Shown: piece after piece, positions 21,625-30,819 of the stretch
Layout: the number at the start of each line of letters is the position of its first letter
How positions within the stretch are numbered: the stretch's first letter is position 1
From: an uncultured Actinomycetota bacterium
GTDB taxonomy: Bacteria > Actinomycetota > Acidimicrobiia > Acidimicrobiales > RAAP-2
Length of the DNA: 64,000 bases
Assembly: GCA_963770505.1 (NCBI GenBank)
Contig: CAVYPR010000002.1
Span: forward strand, 36,902 to 100,901
Direction of reading: 5' to 3'
Made by a program: the position numbers and the translations under genes
Notes under the pieces: generated by a model
Databases searched by the model: none
What the model saw: the letters and a program-made list of their open reading frames with translations, nothing else
What the model was told of the DNA's origin: nothing

Positions 21625-22473
21625 GCCTGGTCGACGACCTCAAGCGCGAGCTCAAGTTCCTCGGGGGGTTCAAGCTCACCTTCCAGCACCTGACCCGCCC
21701 GCGGGTCACCCGCGAGTACCCGATCGAGAAGAAGCCCAAGCAGCCCCGCCAGCACGGCCGGCACGTCCTCAACCGCTACGAGGACGGCATGGAGAAGTGC
21801 ATCGGCTGCGAGCTCTGCGCCGGCGTCTGCCCGGCGGACTGCATCTACGTCCGCGGCCTGGACAACCCGCCCGATCACCCGGTCTCGCCCGGTGAGCGCT
21901 ACGGCTACGTCTACGAGATCAACTACCTCCGCTGCATCCACTGCGACCTCTGCGTCGAGGCGTGCCCGACCGAGGCCATCACCGAGTCGAAGCTCTTCGA
22001 GTTCTCCTTCACCAACCGGGCCGACGCCATCTACACCAAGGACGAGCTCCTGGTGGGCGACGACGGCCGGCCCAAGCACCTGCCGTGGGAGGACTGGCGC
22101 GAAGGCGACGACCTGTTCACCTCGGGCTGGATGCGGGCCACGTCGCCCTCGGGCAGCGCCGCCTACGAGGGCGAGGTCCAGTGGTCGGGCGAGCTCGGCT
22201 ACGGGGTCCGGGTCCCCGAGGGCGGCCAGTCCGGCCGGCGCGACGACGCAGGCCACCGGCACCCTGGCCCTGCGCCAGGTGCTCGAGGCCCACCTGCTCG
22301 ACCAGGACATCCCGCTCGAGCACCGGGGCATGCGGGGCCGCCTGTGGCGGGCCCAGCGCTCGGCCCAGCGCCACCGCCGCAACCTGGAGGGCGCCCGCCA
22401 GAAGCTCCGCGAGGTCCGCGCCGCGCGGGCCGCCCGCAAGACGAGCCGCCACCCCGGCCAGGGGGAGGGCTGA
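21621..22473 (+). CDS. nuoI: NADH-quinone oxidoreductase subunit I (frame switch about 22210-22245; basic helical C-terminal extension)
   Basis: [18 protein letters not shown] and [16 protein letters not shown] are the two 4Fe-4S motifs. After about 22240 the GC3-rich frame changes to ...[20 protein letters not shown]...[21 protein letters not shown] and ends at TGA 22471-22473, overlapping the nuoJ ATG (TGATG). Confidence 0.85.
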
Positions 22474-23201
22474 TGGGTCCGGCGCTGACGGCCGCCACCG
22501 GGGCGACGATCCCCGACCTCATCACCTTCATCGTCGCCGCCGGCTTCGTGCTGGTCGGGGCGATCGGAGTGGTCACCTCGCGCAACTCGGTCCACGCCGC
22601 CCTCTCGCTGGTGCTCACCCTCTTCGGGATCGCCGTGCTCTTCGTCGAGCAGCATGCCGACTTCCTCGCCGCCGTCCAGGTGATCGTCTACGCCGGCGCC
22701 ATCGTCGTCCTCTTCCTCTTCGTGATCATGTTCCTCGGCGTCGACCGCCTGGAGAACATCGAGGCCGAGCCGCTCCGGGGCCAGCGCCCGCTGGCCTTCC
22801 TGCTCGTGGCCATCGCCCTGGGCGGGATCATCGCCCTGTTCGTCAACGCCCACTGGGTCACCGGCGCCCGCTCGGCGACGGGGTCGACCACCGGCGGCGG
22901 CCACACCAACGTCTACCTGCTGGGCAAGTCGGTGTTCACCACCTACCTGTTCGCCTTCGAGGCCACGGCCGCCCTCCTGGTGATCGCTGTCGTCGGGGCG
23001 GTGGTGCTGGCCCGCCGGCCGTCGGGGGGCGTGCTCGACGAGCCCGAAGACGACGAGGAGCCCGGCGGCACAGAGGTCGGCGGGACCGCCGATGCGGATG
23101 CCGACGGCGCGGACGGCGTCGGGGCGGACGGCGTTGGGGCGGGGACCGCCCCGCTGGAGCCCGCCGGCGGTGCGGCCGAGCACGGGGAGGGGACCCGATG
23201 A
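22473..23201 (+). CDS. nuoJ: NADH-quinone oxidoreductase subunit J (acidic Gly/Asp-rich tail)
   Basis: [42 protein letters not shown]...[23 protein letters not shown]. The start is coupled to the nuoI stop. Confidence 0.9.
   Translation: MGPALTAATGATIPDLITFIVAAGFVLVGAIGVVTSRNSVHAALSLVLTLFGIAVLFVEQHADFLAAVQVIVYAGAIVVLFLFVIMFLGVDRLENIEAEPLRGQRPLAFLLVAIALGGIIALFVNAHWVTGARSATGSTTGGGHTNVYLLGKSVFTTYLFAFEATAALLVIAVVGAVVLARRPSGGVLDEPEDDEEPGGTEVGGTADADADGADGVGADGVGAGTAPLEPAGGAAEHGEGTR
23109..23138 (+). repeat. 15-bp tandem duplication (gcggacggcgtcggg / gcggacggcgttggg) inside the nuoJ tail
   Basis: Two adjacent 15-mers differ at one base. They encode [11 protein letters not shown]. Confidence 0.7.
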
Positions 23202-23503
23202 GCATCTCGGGCGACTGGTACCTGGGGCTCGCCGCCGTGCTCTTCTCCATCGGGGCCATCGGCCTCCTGGTCCGGCGCAACGTGCTGGTCATGTTCATGT
23301 GCATCGAGCTGATGCTGAACGCCGCCAACCTCACCTTCGTCACCTTCTCGCGGGTCCTGCACGACATCGGTGGCCAGGCCGCCGTCTTCTTCGTGCTGGT
23401 GGTGGCGGCGGCCGAAGTCGTCGTGGGCCTGGGCATCGTGGTGGCCATCTTCCGCAGGCGGGCGAACACCACCGCCGACGACCTCCACTCCCTGAAGGGC
23501 TGA
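23198..23503 (+). CDS. nuoK: NADH-quinone oxidoreductase subunit K
   Basis: ATGA overlap with nuo[26 protein letters not shown]...[19 protein letters not shown]. Confidence 0.95.
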   Translation: MSISGDWYLGLAAVLFSIGAIGLLVRRNVLVMFMCIELMLNAANLTFVTFSRVLHDIGGQAAVFFVLVVAAAEVVVGLGIVVAIFRRRANTTADDLHSLKG

Positions 23504-23510
23504 ACCGACC

Positions 23511-25442
23511 GTGCTCCACGCTGTCTTCCTGATGCCGTTGCTGCCGCTGGCCGGGTTCGCGGTGCTGGTCACCGTCGGGCGCCGTCTGGGCGACCCGTGG
23601 GCCGGTTGGGTGGGCACGGTTGCCGTGGGCGGGGCCTTCGTCGCCGCCTGCGTCTCCCTGGCCGGCCTGGCCCACCTTCCCTCGGCCCACCGCGAGGTCA
23701 TCTGCGCCTTCAGCTGCGGCCCACCGGCCGCCAACCACTCCTTCTACACCTGGATCGGCGTCGGCGGACTCCAGGTGAAGGTGGCCATCCTGCTCGACCA
23801 GCTGTCGATCACCATGTGCATGTTCGTGACCGGGGTGAGCATGCTCATCCACCTGTACTCGGTCGGCTACATGAAGAAGGACCGGGACTTCTCCAAGTTC
23901 TTCATCTACATGAACCTCTTCGTCTTCTCCATGCTGGTCCTGGTGCTGGCCAGCAACCTGCTGGTGACCTTCGTGGGCTGGGAGGGCGTGGGCGTCTGCT
24001 CCTACTTCCTGGTGGCCTTCTGGTTCCAGCGCGAGAGCGCGGCCTCGGCCGGCAAGAAGGCCTTCATCTACAACCGGGTCGGCGACGTCGGCTTCCTCGT
24101 CGCCATGTTCCTCATCTTCTCGAAGGTGGGCACGCTCGACTACCTGACGGTCTTCCACAACAAGGACCTGCTGGCCGGCGGCGCGGCCACCGCGGCCGTG
24201 CTGCTGCTCTTCCTGGCCGCCACCGGCAAGTCGGCCCAGATCCCGCTGTTCAACTGGCTCCCCGACGCCATGGAGGGCCCGACCCCGGTCTCCGCTCTCA
24301 TCCACGCGGCCACCATGGTCACCGCCGGCGTCTACCTCCTGTGCCGGGTGAACCAGTTGCTCGAGCTTTCCCCCGACGCCACCTGGGTCATCGCCGTCAT
24401 CGGCGGGCTCACCGCCTTCGTGGCCGCCGCCATCGCCTGCACCCAGCAGGACATCAAGAAGGTCCTGGCCTTCTCCACCGTCTCCCAGATCGGCTACATG
24501 ATCCTGGCGGTGGGCTGCGGCGCCTACATCGCCGCCATCTTCCTCATGGTCTGCCACGCCTTCTACAAGGGACTGCTCTTCTTGGGGTCGGGTTCGGTGA
24601 TCCACGGGCTCGAGGACGAGCAGGACCTCAAACGCATGGGCGCCCTGCGTCGGTGGCTGCCGTGGACCTTCGGGACCTTCATCGTGGGGTGGCTGGCCAT
24701 CGCCGGGGTCCCGCCGCTTTCGGGCTTCTGGTCCAAGGGCGACGTCCTGGACAACGTCTTCGCCAAGAGCCCGGTGCTGTGGGTCTTCGCCCTCCTGACC
24801 GCGCTGGGCACCGCCTACTACATCAGCCGGCTCTTCTACCTCACCTTCACCGGCCAGGCCCGCTGGCAGTCCTCGGCCCCCGACGGCCGGCCGGCCCACC
24901 ACACCCCGCACGAGTCGCCCTGGGTGATGCGCATCCCCCTGGTGGTGCTGGCCTTCTTCGCCGCGGCGGCCGGCCTGTTCGACCTCCCGTGGGCCCGACA
25001 CGACTCGTTCGTGGGCTGGCTCACGCCGGTCTTCGCCACCAGCATCTACTCCCCCCACCAGGGCGACACCCTCCAGTGGGTGCTTGGGATCACCGACGCC
25101 GTGGTGGCCGTGATCGGCCTCAGCGTGGCCTGGGTGCTGTGGCGGCGACGCACCGACCGCCCGGCCCTCGAGCCCATCTTCCTCCAGCGGGTGGCCTACT
25201 GGGACGAGTTCTACGACACCGTCATCGGCCGGCCGGGGCAGGCCCTGGCCCGCTTCAGCGCGGTGGTGGTCGACGGCCGGGTGATCGACGGTGCGGTCAA
25301 CGGCGTGGCCTCCCTCGTGAAGGTGACCGGCAGCGGGTTCCGCCGGCTCCAGACCGGCTACGTCCGCAACTACGCCCTGGGCATCGCCCTCGGGCTGGCC
25401 GCCATCATCGCCTTCATGATCAGCCGGGTGTGGTGGTCGTGA
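23511..25442 (+). CDS. nuoL: NADH-quinone oxidoreductase subunit L
   Basis: Intact 643 aa. VGWEGVGVCSYFLVAFW...GKSAQIPLFNWLPDAMEGPTPVSALIHAATMVTAGVYL...AFSTVSQIGYM. Confidence 0.95.
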   Translation: MLHAVFLMPLLPLAGFAVLVTVGRRLGDPWAGWVGTVAVGGAFVAACVSLAGLAHLPSAHREVICAFSCGPPAANHSFYTWIGVGGLQVKVAILLDQLSITMCMFVTGVSMLIHLYSVGYMKKDRDFSKFFIYMNLFVFSMLVLVLASNLLVTFVGWEGVGVCSYFLVAFWFQRESAASAGKKAFIYNRVGDVGFLVAMFLIFSKVGTLDYLTVFHNKDLLAGGAATAAVLLLFLAATGKSAQIPLFNWLPDAMEGPTPVSALIHAATMVTAGVYLLCRVNQLLELSPDATWVIAVIGGLTAFVAAAIACTQQDIKKVLAFSTVSQIGYMILAVGCGAYIAAIFLMVCHAFYKGLLFLGSGSVIHGLEDEQDLKRMGALRRWLPWTFGTFIVGWLAIAGVPPLSGFWSKGDVLDNVFAKSPVLWVFALLTALGTAYYISRLFYLTFTGQARWQSSAPDGRPAHHTPHESPWVMRIPLVVLAFFAAAAGLFDLPWARHDSFVGWLTPVFATSIYSPHQGDTLQWVLGITDAVVAVIGLSVAWVLWRRRTDRPALEPIFLQRVAYWDEFYDTVIGRPGQALARFSAVVVDGRVIDGAVNGVASLVKVTGSGFRRLQTGYVRNYALGIALGLAAIIAFMISRVWWS

Positions 25443-26989
25443 CCTCGGGCTTCCCCTACCTGACCGTCCTGGTCCTGCTCCCGGCGGCCGGGGCCCTGGC
25501 GGTGGCCCTCATGGCCGGCGCCGCCCGCAAGGCCCTCGAGGCGGTCGGGCTGGCCGTGGCCCTCGGCACCCTGGGGCTGGCCATCGCCGTGGGCGTGCTC
25601 TTCCACACCCACGACGCCGGCTACCAGTTCGTCACCGACCACCAGTGGGCCCCCGGACTGGGGGTCCGGTGGTTCCTGGGCCTGGACGGGATCTCGCTCT
25701 TCTTGGTGCTGCTGGCCGCCGTGCTCTTCCCGATCGTCCTGGCCGGGGCCCGCACCCGGCAGGACCCCCGTAGCTTCATCGCCTGGATGCTGCTGCTCGA
25801 GGCGGCCTGCATCGGCAGCTTCGTCTCGCTCGACCTGATCCTGTTCTTCTTCTTCTTCGAGCTGACCCTGGTGCCGTCGTACTTCATCATCAGCGGCTGG
25901 GGCTACGCGCGGCGCGCCTACGCCGCCATCAAGTTCTTCGTCTACACCTTCCTCGGCTCGGCCTTCCTGCTGGTCGGCATCGTGGCCGTGGCCTTCATCC
26001 ACCAGCACCAGACCGGGGTCCTCACCTTCTCCCTCCCGACCCTCGAGCACACGCACTTCTCGGGCACCACCGAGGTCCTGCTCTTCCTGGCCTTCACCGC
26101 CGCCTTCGCCGTGAAGGCGCCGCTGTTCCCGTTCCACACCTGGTCCCCCGACGCCTACCGCGAGGCCCCGACCGGCGGCTCGATGATCCTGGCGGGGGTC
26201 CTGGCCAAGCTGGGCACCTACGGCATCATCCGCTTCGACCTCAACCTCTTCCCCCAGGCCTCGCTCGACCTGGCCCCCGTGCTGCTCACCCTGGCCGTGA
26301 TCGCCATCCTCTACGGGGCCGTGGTGGCCTGCGCCCAGCGGGACATGAAACGGCTGGTGGCCTACTCGTCGTTGGCCCAGATCGGCTTCATCGCCCTGGG
26401 GACCTTCGCCTTCACCACCCAGGGCCTCACCGGCAGCGTGCTGCTGATGGTGAACCACGGGCTGGTGACGGCGGCCCTGTTCCTGCTCATCGGCTGGATC
26501 TACGAGCGCCGGCACACCTGGGACGCCACCGAGCTGCGCGGGCTGCAGGCGCCGGCCCCGGTCATGGCGGCCGCCTTCACCGTGGCCATGCTGGCCTCCA
26601 TCGGCCTCCCCGGCCTGAACGGGTTCGTCAGCGAGTTCCTGGTGCTCTCCGGGGCCTTCCTCACCCACCGGTGGTGGGCCGTGGTGGCCACCCTCGGGGT
26701 GGTGGTGGCCGCCCTCTACCTGCTGTGGGCCTACCAGCAGGTCTTCCACGGCAAGGTGCGGGTGGAGCACGCCACCACCCGGGACCTCTCGATGGCCGAG
26801 CGGCTGGTGATCGCCCCGCTGATCATCCTCATCGTGGTGCTGGGGGTCTACCCGGGCCCGGTGCTCGACCGGATCACGCCCTCGGTCAACCGGCTGGTGG
26901 CCCGGGTGGAGAGCTCGACCCACACCCGCCAGCCGGCGGTGGCCCGCACCGGGGTGGCCGGGGCGCGCGCCTCGGCGGGGAAGGGGTGA
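25439..26989 (+). CDS. nuoM: NADH-quinone oxidoreductase subunit M
   Basis: GTGA overlap with nuoL. FFFFELTLVPSYFIISGWG...AVKAPLFPFHTWSPDAYREAPTGGSMILAGVLAKLGTYG...LVAYSSLAQIGF. Confidence 0.95.
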   Translation: MTSGFPYLTVLVLLPAAGALAVALMAGAARKALEAVGLAVALGTLGLAIAVGVLFHTHDAGYQFVTDHQWAPGLGVRWFLGLDGISLFLVLLAAVLFPIVLAGARTRQDPRSFIAWMLLLEAACIGSFVSLDLILFFFFFELTLVPSYFIISGWGYARRAYAAIKFFVYTFLGSAFLLVGIVAVAFIHQHQTGVLTFSLPTLEHTHFSGTTEVLLFLAFTAAFAVKAPLFPFHTWSPDAYREAPTGGSMILAGVLAKLGTYGIIRFDLNLFPQASLDLAPVLLTLAVIAILYGAVVACAQRDMKRLVAYSSLAQIGFIALGTFAFTTQGLTGSVLLMVNHGLVTAALFLLIGWIYERRHTWDATELRGLQAPAPVMAAAFTVAMLASIGLPGLNGFVSEFLVLSGAFLTHRWWAVVATLGVVVAALYLLWAYQQVFHGKVRVEHATTRDLSMAERLVIAPLIILIVVLGVYPGPVLDRITPSVNRLVARVESSTHTRQPAVARTGVAGARASAGKG

Positions 26990-28800
26990 CGACCGCCATG
27001 CTGGCCACCGCCGTCATCCACACGCCGCACATCCGCTACCTGGCGATCATGCCCGAGATCGTCATGTTCGGCGGGGCCGTGCTCCTCCTGGCCGTCTCCT
27101 CGCTGGTGCGACGGCCGCTGCGGGTGACGGTGGCCACGGCCGGCACCGTCGTCATCTCCCTCACCGCTCTGGGCTTCGCCCTCTGGCAGTGGGCCGACGT
27201 CACCTCACACGGACCGTTCACCGCGGTCGACGGCGCCGTGGCCGTCGACGGCTTCAGCGTGCTGGTGGCGATCCTCGTCCCCTGCGCCATGGCACTGAGC
27301 GCCCTGGTGGGCGACGGGTACCTGCGCCGGGAGGGCGTGGTGGGCCCCGAGTTCCACGTCCTGGCCCTCAGCTCGGCCACGGGGGCCATGCTGATGGGGG
27401 CGGCCAACGACCTCATCGTCGTCTTCTTGGGCCTGGAGATCCTCTCCATCGCCCTCTACGTGCTCACCGCCTTCAACCACCGGCGGGCCGCCTCGGGCGA
27501 GGCCGCCCTCAAGTACTTCATCCTGGGGGGCTTCTCCTCGGCCGTCTTCGTCTACGGGATCGCTCTCGTCTACGGGGCCACCGGGTCGACCAACCTGGTG
27601 CAGATCGCCGACTTCCTCTCGCACTCGGTGGTCACCTCCGACGGCCTGCTGCTGGCCGGGCTCGCCCTCCTGCTGGTCGGCTTCGCCTTCAAGATCGCCG
27701 CCGTCCCCTTCCACATGTGGACCCCCGACGTCTACCAGGGGGCGCCCAGCCCGGTGACCGGGTTCATGGCGGCCGTGGCCAAGGTGGGGGCGTTCGCCGC
27801 CCTGCTGCGGGTCTTCGTCTCCTCCTTCGGGGTGCTGCGGGCCGACTGGCAGCCGGTGATCTACGCCCTGGCCCTGGTCACCCTGCTCCTCGGCGCCGCC
27901 CTGGCCGTGGTGCAGCGGGACGTGAAGCGGATGCTGGCCTACTCGTCGATCAACCACGCCGGCTTCATCCTGCTGGGCCTGCAGGCCGCCACCGCCCAGG
28001 GGGTGAGCGCCTCGCTCTACTACCTGTTCGCCTACACCTTCATGGTGATCGGGACCTTCGCCATCGTCACCGTGCTGGGGCGCTCGGGCGACACCTCCCA
28101 CGACATCTCCACCTACCGGGGCCTGGCCCGGCGCCAGCCCCTGCTCGCCCTCTGTCTGGCCGTGCTCCTCCTGGCCCAGGCCGGGGCGCCGTTCACCACC
28201 GGGCTGTGGGCCAAGCTGCAGGTGGTGCTGGCCTCGGTGGACGCCAACTCGGTCCCCCTGGCCGCCGTGGCCATGGTGTCGGCCGCCGTGGCCGCCTTCT
28301 TCTACCTGCGCCTGGCCGTCCTCATGTACACCCCGCCGGCCCCGGCCGGCGCCCTGCCCGGGGTGGAGGGCGACGCCGAGGACCCCCTGCCGCTCCCCGC
28401 CGGCGGCGTGGGCCCGGCCGACCTGGCGGGGTCCTTCGGGCCCCACACCCTCCCGGTGGGCCCGCCCCCCCTCGTCCACCAGACCGTCCCGGTGTGGGCC
28501 GGGGCCGAGGCGTCGGTGGCGACCGTCGACCAGCTGAACGCCTCCCTGCTCCTCGACTCCGCCGCCGACGGTGAGGTGGACGGCGCCGTGGCGGCGCGCC
28601 CGGTGTCCGCCGGCGCCGCGCCGGAGGCCGTCGTCGACGCCGAGGCGGCGGAGGTGGTCGCCGACGGCGAGCGGGTCCCGGTGCCGGCGCTGACCGCGGT
28701 GGCGATCGGCCTGTGCGTGGCGGTGACCGTGGTGTTTGGGATCTTCCCGGCCCCCCTCATCGACCTGGCCCACCAGGCGACGCTCCTGTTCGTGCCCTAG
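26986..28800 (+). CDS. nuoN: NADH-quinone oxidoreductase subunit N (with a roughly 115-aa insertion before the last TM helix)
   Basis: GTGA overlap with nuoM. FLGLEILSIALYVL...FKIAAVPFHMWTPDVYQGAPSPVTGFMA...MLAYSSINHAGF. An acidic/Pro-rich segment at 28333-28690 stays in frame with high GC3. Confidence 0.9.
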   Translation: MTTAMLATAVIHTPHIRYLAIMPEIVMFGGAVLLLAVSSLVRRPLRVTVATAGTVVISLTALGFALWQWADVTSHGPFTAVDGAVAVDGFSVLVAILVPCAMALSALVGDGYLRREGVVGPEFHVLALSSATGAMLMGAANDLIVVFLGLEILSIALYVLTAFNHRRAASGEAALKYFILGGFSSAVFVYGIALVYGATGSTNLVQIADFLSHSVVTSDGLLLAGLALLLVGFAFKIAAVPFHMWTPDVYQGAPSPVTGFMAAVAKVGAFAALLRVFVSSFGVLRADWQPVIYALALVTLLLGAALAVVQRDVKRMLAYSSINHAGFILLGLQAATAQGVSASLYYLFAYTFMVIGTFAIVTVLGRSGDTSHDISTYRGLARRQPLLALCLAVLLLAQAGAPFTTGLWAKLQVVLASVDANSVPLAAVAMVSAAVAAFFYLRLAVLMYTPPAPAGALPGVEGDAEDPLPLPAGGVGPADLAGSFGPHTLPVGPPPLVHQTVPVWAGAEASVATVDQLNASLLLDSAADGEVDGAVAARPVSAGAAPEAVVDAEAAEVVADGERVPVPALTAVAIGLCVAVTVVFGIFPAPLIDLAHQATLLFVP

Positions 28801-28852
28801 GTGGACCCCGGGGCCGGGCGCCGGTCCAACGCCGCCGCCCGCGGCACCCCGC

Positions 28853-29251
28853 TCAGCCGGCCTCCCCACAGAGGGCCGCCTCCACGCCGAGGATGCGCAG
28901 CACCCTGCGACTGATGGGGCTCGGTCGGCGGAGGGCGAAACTGCCGCCGCCGCTGCGGGCGACCTCGGCCGCCGCCGCCAGCGCCGCCACACCGGCACCG
29001 TTGATGAACCGGACCCCGCTCAGGTCGACCACGAGGTGCGAGCCCTGCTCGAAGGCGAGCTCGAACACGTCGTGCAGCGCCGGGACGCTGGCCAGGTCGA
29101 TCTCCCCGTCGACCCACACCACCACGGTCGCGCCGGGCCCGGCGCCGACGGTGTCGATGCGCAGGCACAGCTCGCCGGGGAGCGGCGAGTGCCACGCGGC
29201 GGCGGAGAGGTCAGCGTCGTCGGGACGGCTCGTGGTCTCGGGCTGCTGCAT
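28853..29251 (-). CDS. STAS-domain anti-sigma-factor antagonist (non-phosphorylatable variant)
   Basis: VVVWVDGEIDLASVPALHDV...HLVVDLSGVRFINGAGVAALAAA...RVLRILGV is a SpoIIAA/RsbV-like fold. The usual DS(S/T)G serine is replaced by N-G. RBS GGAAGGGA lies 3 nt before the ATG. Confidence 0.8.
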   Translation of the reverse strand: MQQPETTSRPDDADLSAAAWHSPLPGELCLRIDTVGAGPGATVVVWVDGEIDLASVPALHDVFELAFEQGSHLVVDLSGVRFINGAGVAALAAAAEVARSGGGSFALRRPSPISRRVLRILGVEAALCGEAG

Positions 29252-29515
29252 GGATCCCTTCCCGCCTCCGGCGACGCCGCGCCCGTTGCGAGCGACCGGG
29301 GCTCGCCGGCCTTCCGGCGGCCCGACCGCTCACGCGGCGGGCCGGCCGGAGACCGGCCGGGAAGGGCACCAGACCCCCCCGGCCCCCCGGCCGGCCCGGC
29401 CGTCGTCCCCGGACCACCCTGGTCCGCCCCCGTTGTCGGCGGCCGACCGGGTCGGTTGGTGGGCGCGGGGAGACATGCCTGGCATGTACCCGCCACCGCC
29501 GGACGCCAATCGTCG

Positions 29516-29541
29516 GTTTCGGTGCGGTCGTGGAAGGGAAA
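29516..29541 (+). promoter_or_regulatory. candidate SigF/SigB-type promoter (GTTT-N16-GGGAAA) upstream of the MEDS-kinase gene
   Basis: cgtcGGTTTcggtgcggtcgtggaaGGGAAAac in the 444-bp divergent intergenic region. Fits GTTT-N15-16-GGGWAW. Confidence 0.45.
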
Positions 29542-29695
29542 ACAGATGCTGGACGACAAGCGCGATGGAGACGTCGGAGTACCAACGAGAATGTTGCACT
29601 GCGGTGGATGCAGCGGAGCGGTCGGAGAACCCGGTGGCGGAAGCCGGCCGCCGTAGGCGCGGGGGAACTCTGTCCGCACGGTCAGGGGGGCGCAC

Positions 29696-30635
29696 ATGAC
29701 CGAGCATGTCGCCAAGTTCTACGACGACCAGACGTACCTGCTGCAGTCGGCTGCGGCCCACCTGAGCTCGGCCATCGAACGCAGCCAGGTGGCCGTGGTG
29801 ATCGCCTCCGGCGACCACCGGCGCGCCCTGGAGGCCGAGCTGGCCCGGCGGGGCACCGACGTGGGAGAGGCGGTCCGCCGGGGCCGCCTCCTCCCGGTGG
29901 ACGCCGACGCCGTGCTCGCCGCGTGCACCCTCCACGGGGAGCTGGACCCGCCCGCCTTCCGTGGGGTGGTCGGCGACCTGGTCGTCGGGGCGGCGGGCAC
30001 GGGGCGCCCGGTGATCGTCTACTGCGACGTCGTCACCCGGTTGTGGGACGCCGGGGAGATCCCGGCCGCCATGGAGCTCGAACGCCTGTGGGCCGAGATC
30101 GGCGAGGAGCATTCGGTCACCCGCTTCTGCGCCTACCCGTCGCAGCTGGCCGACGGCGCCCTCGGGTCGGCGGTCCTCCAGCGCGTGTACGACCTGCACG
30201 GCGAGGCGGCCTCCGCACCGGCCCCGGGGGACGACGGCACCTTCGACGAGGTTCGGGCCGTGGCCGAAATTCTGCGCCAACTGGACGGCGCCGGGAACTG
30301 CCCGACGGTGGGCCCGCTCGGTGCTCGGACGCTGGAGCCTGGCCAACGACGAGGTGCTCGACGACGTGGCGCTGGTGGTCACCGAGCTCGCCAACAACGC
30401 CGTCCTGCACGCCCGCTCGACGTTCATCGTGGACGTCCGCAGCCACGTCGACCTCGTCCGGATCTCGGTGCGCGATGCCAGTCTGTCGATGCCGACCGTC
30501 GGCGCGCCGGGCCTGACGGACCGCTTCGGCCGCGGGTTGGGCATCGTGGCCGCCCTGGCCACGTCCTGGGGTGTCGACGCCGACGCCGACGGCAAGGTCG
30601 TCTGGGCCCAACTGGCCGGGGAGCCCGTCCATTGA
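29696..30635 (+). CDS. MEDS domain fused to an RsbW/SpoIIAB-type HATPase serine kinase (frame switch about 30290-30310)
   Basis: The N-terminus HVAKFYDDQTYLLQSAAAHLSSAI...VAVVIASGDHRRALE...RFCAYP is MEDS-like. The C-terminal frame reads ARRWARSVLGRWSLANDEVLDDVALVVTELANNAVLHA (N-box) ...DRFGRGLGIVAALA (G-box). Confidence 0.7.
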
Positions 30636-30691
30636 CCTCCCCGCCGCCGGCGGCCGGGGGCACCGACGTTCGGCGGTTCTGAGAAATTCGG

Positions 30692-30717
30692 GGTTTGGTC
30701 CCCGCCGGTCCGGGTAG
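30692..30717 (+). promoter_or_regulatory. candidate SigF/SigB-type promoter (GGTTT-N15-GGGTAG)
   Basis: ttcgGGGTTTggtccccgccggtccGGGTAGagg lies about 100 nt upstream of the 54-aa hydrophobic protein gene. Confidence 0.6.
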
Positions 30718-30761
30718 AGGCTCTGTGCGGTTAACCGCAACAGCACGGAATCCCCCCCACG

Positions 30762-30791
30762 CAGGACCCCTGGCTCCCACCAGGGGTCCTG
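30762..30791 (+). other. perfect 12-bp stem / 6-nt loop hairpin in the 5' leader of the small hydrophobic protein gene
   Basis: CAGGACCCCTGG-ctccca-CCAGGGGTCCTG with no U-tract after it. It is preceded by the 14-bp palindrome TGCGGTTAACCGCA at 30726-30739. Confidence 0.7.
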
Positions 30792-30819
30792 TCACGAGAC
30801 GCTTCGGGAGGCGCAACCC

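Noticed and set aside
21621-23201. Single 526-aa ORF suggesting a NuoI-NuoJ fusion protein
   Set aside because: The connecting segment (about 22240-22470) in that frame is Pro/Gly/Arg junk. A different frame there is GC3-rich and ends in TGA 22471-22473, overlapping the nuoJ ATG (TGATG). An indel in nuoI creates the apparent fusion.
29546-29656. 36-codon ORF (MLDDKRDGDVGVPTRMLHCGGCSGAVGEPGGGSRPP) right after the 29516-29541 promoter motif, as a possible leader peptide or leaderless mini-gene
   Set aside because: GC3 is only moderate. There is no RBS, and the ATG lies only 4 nt after the putative -10, which is too close for a normal start site. No recognisable peptide family. I keep it as untranslated leader unless expression data say otherwise.
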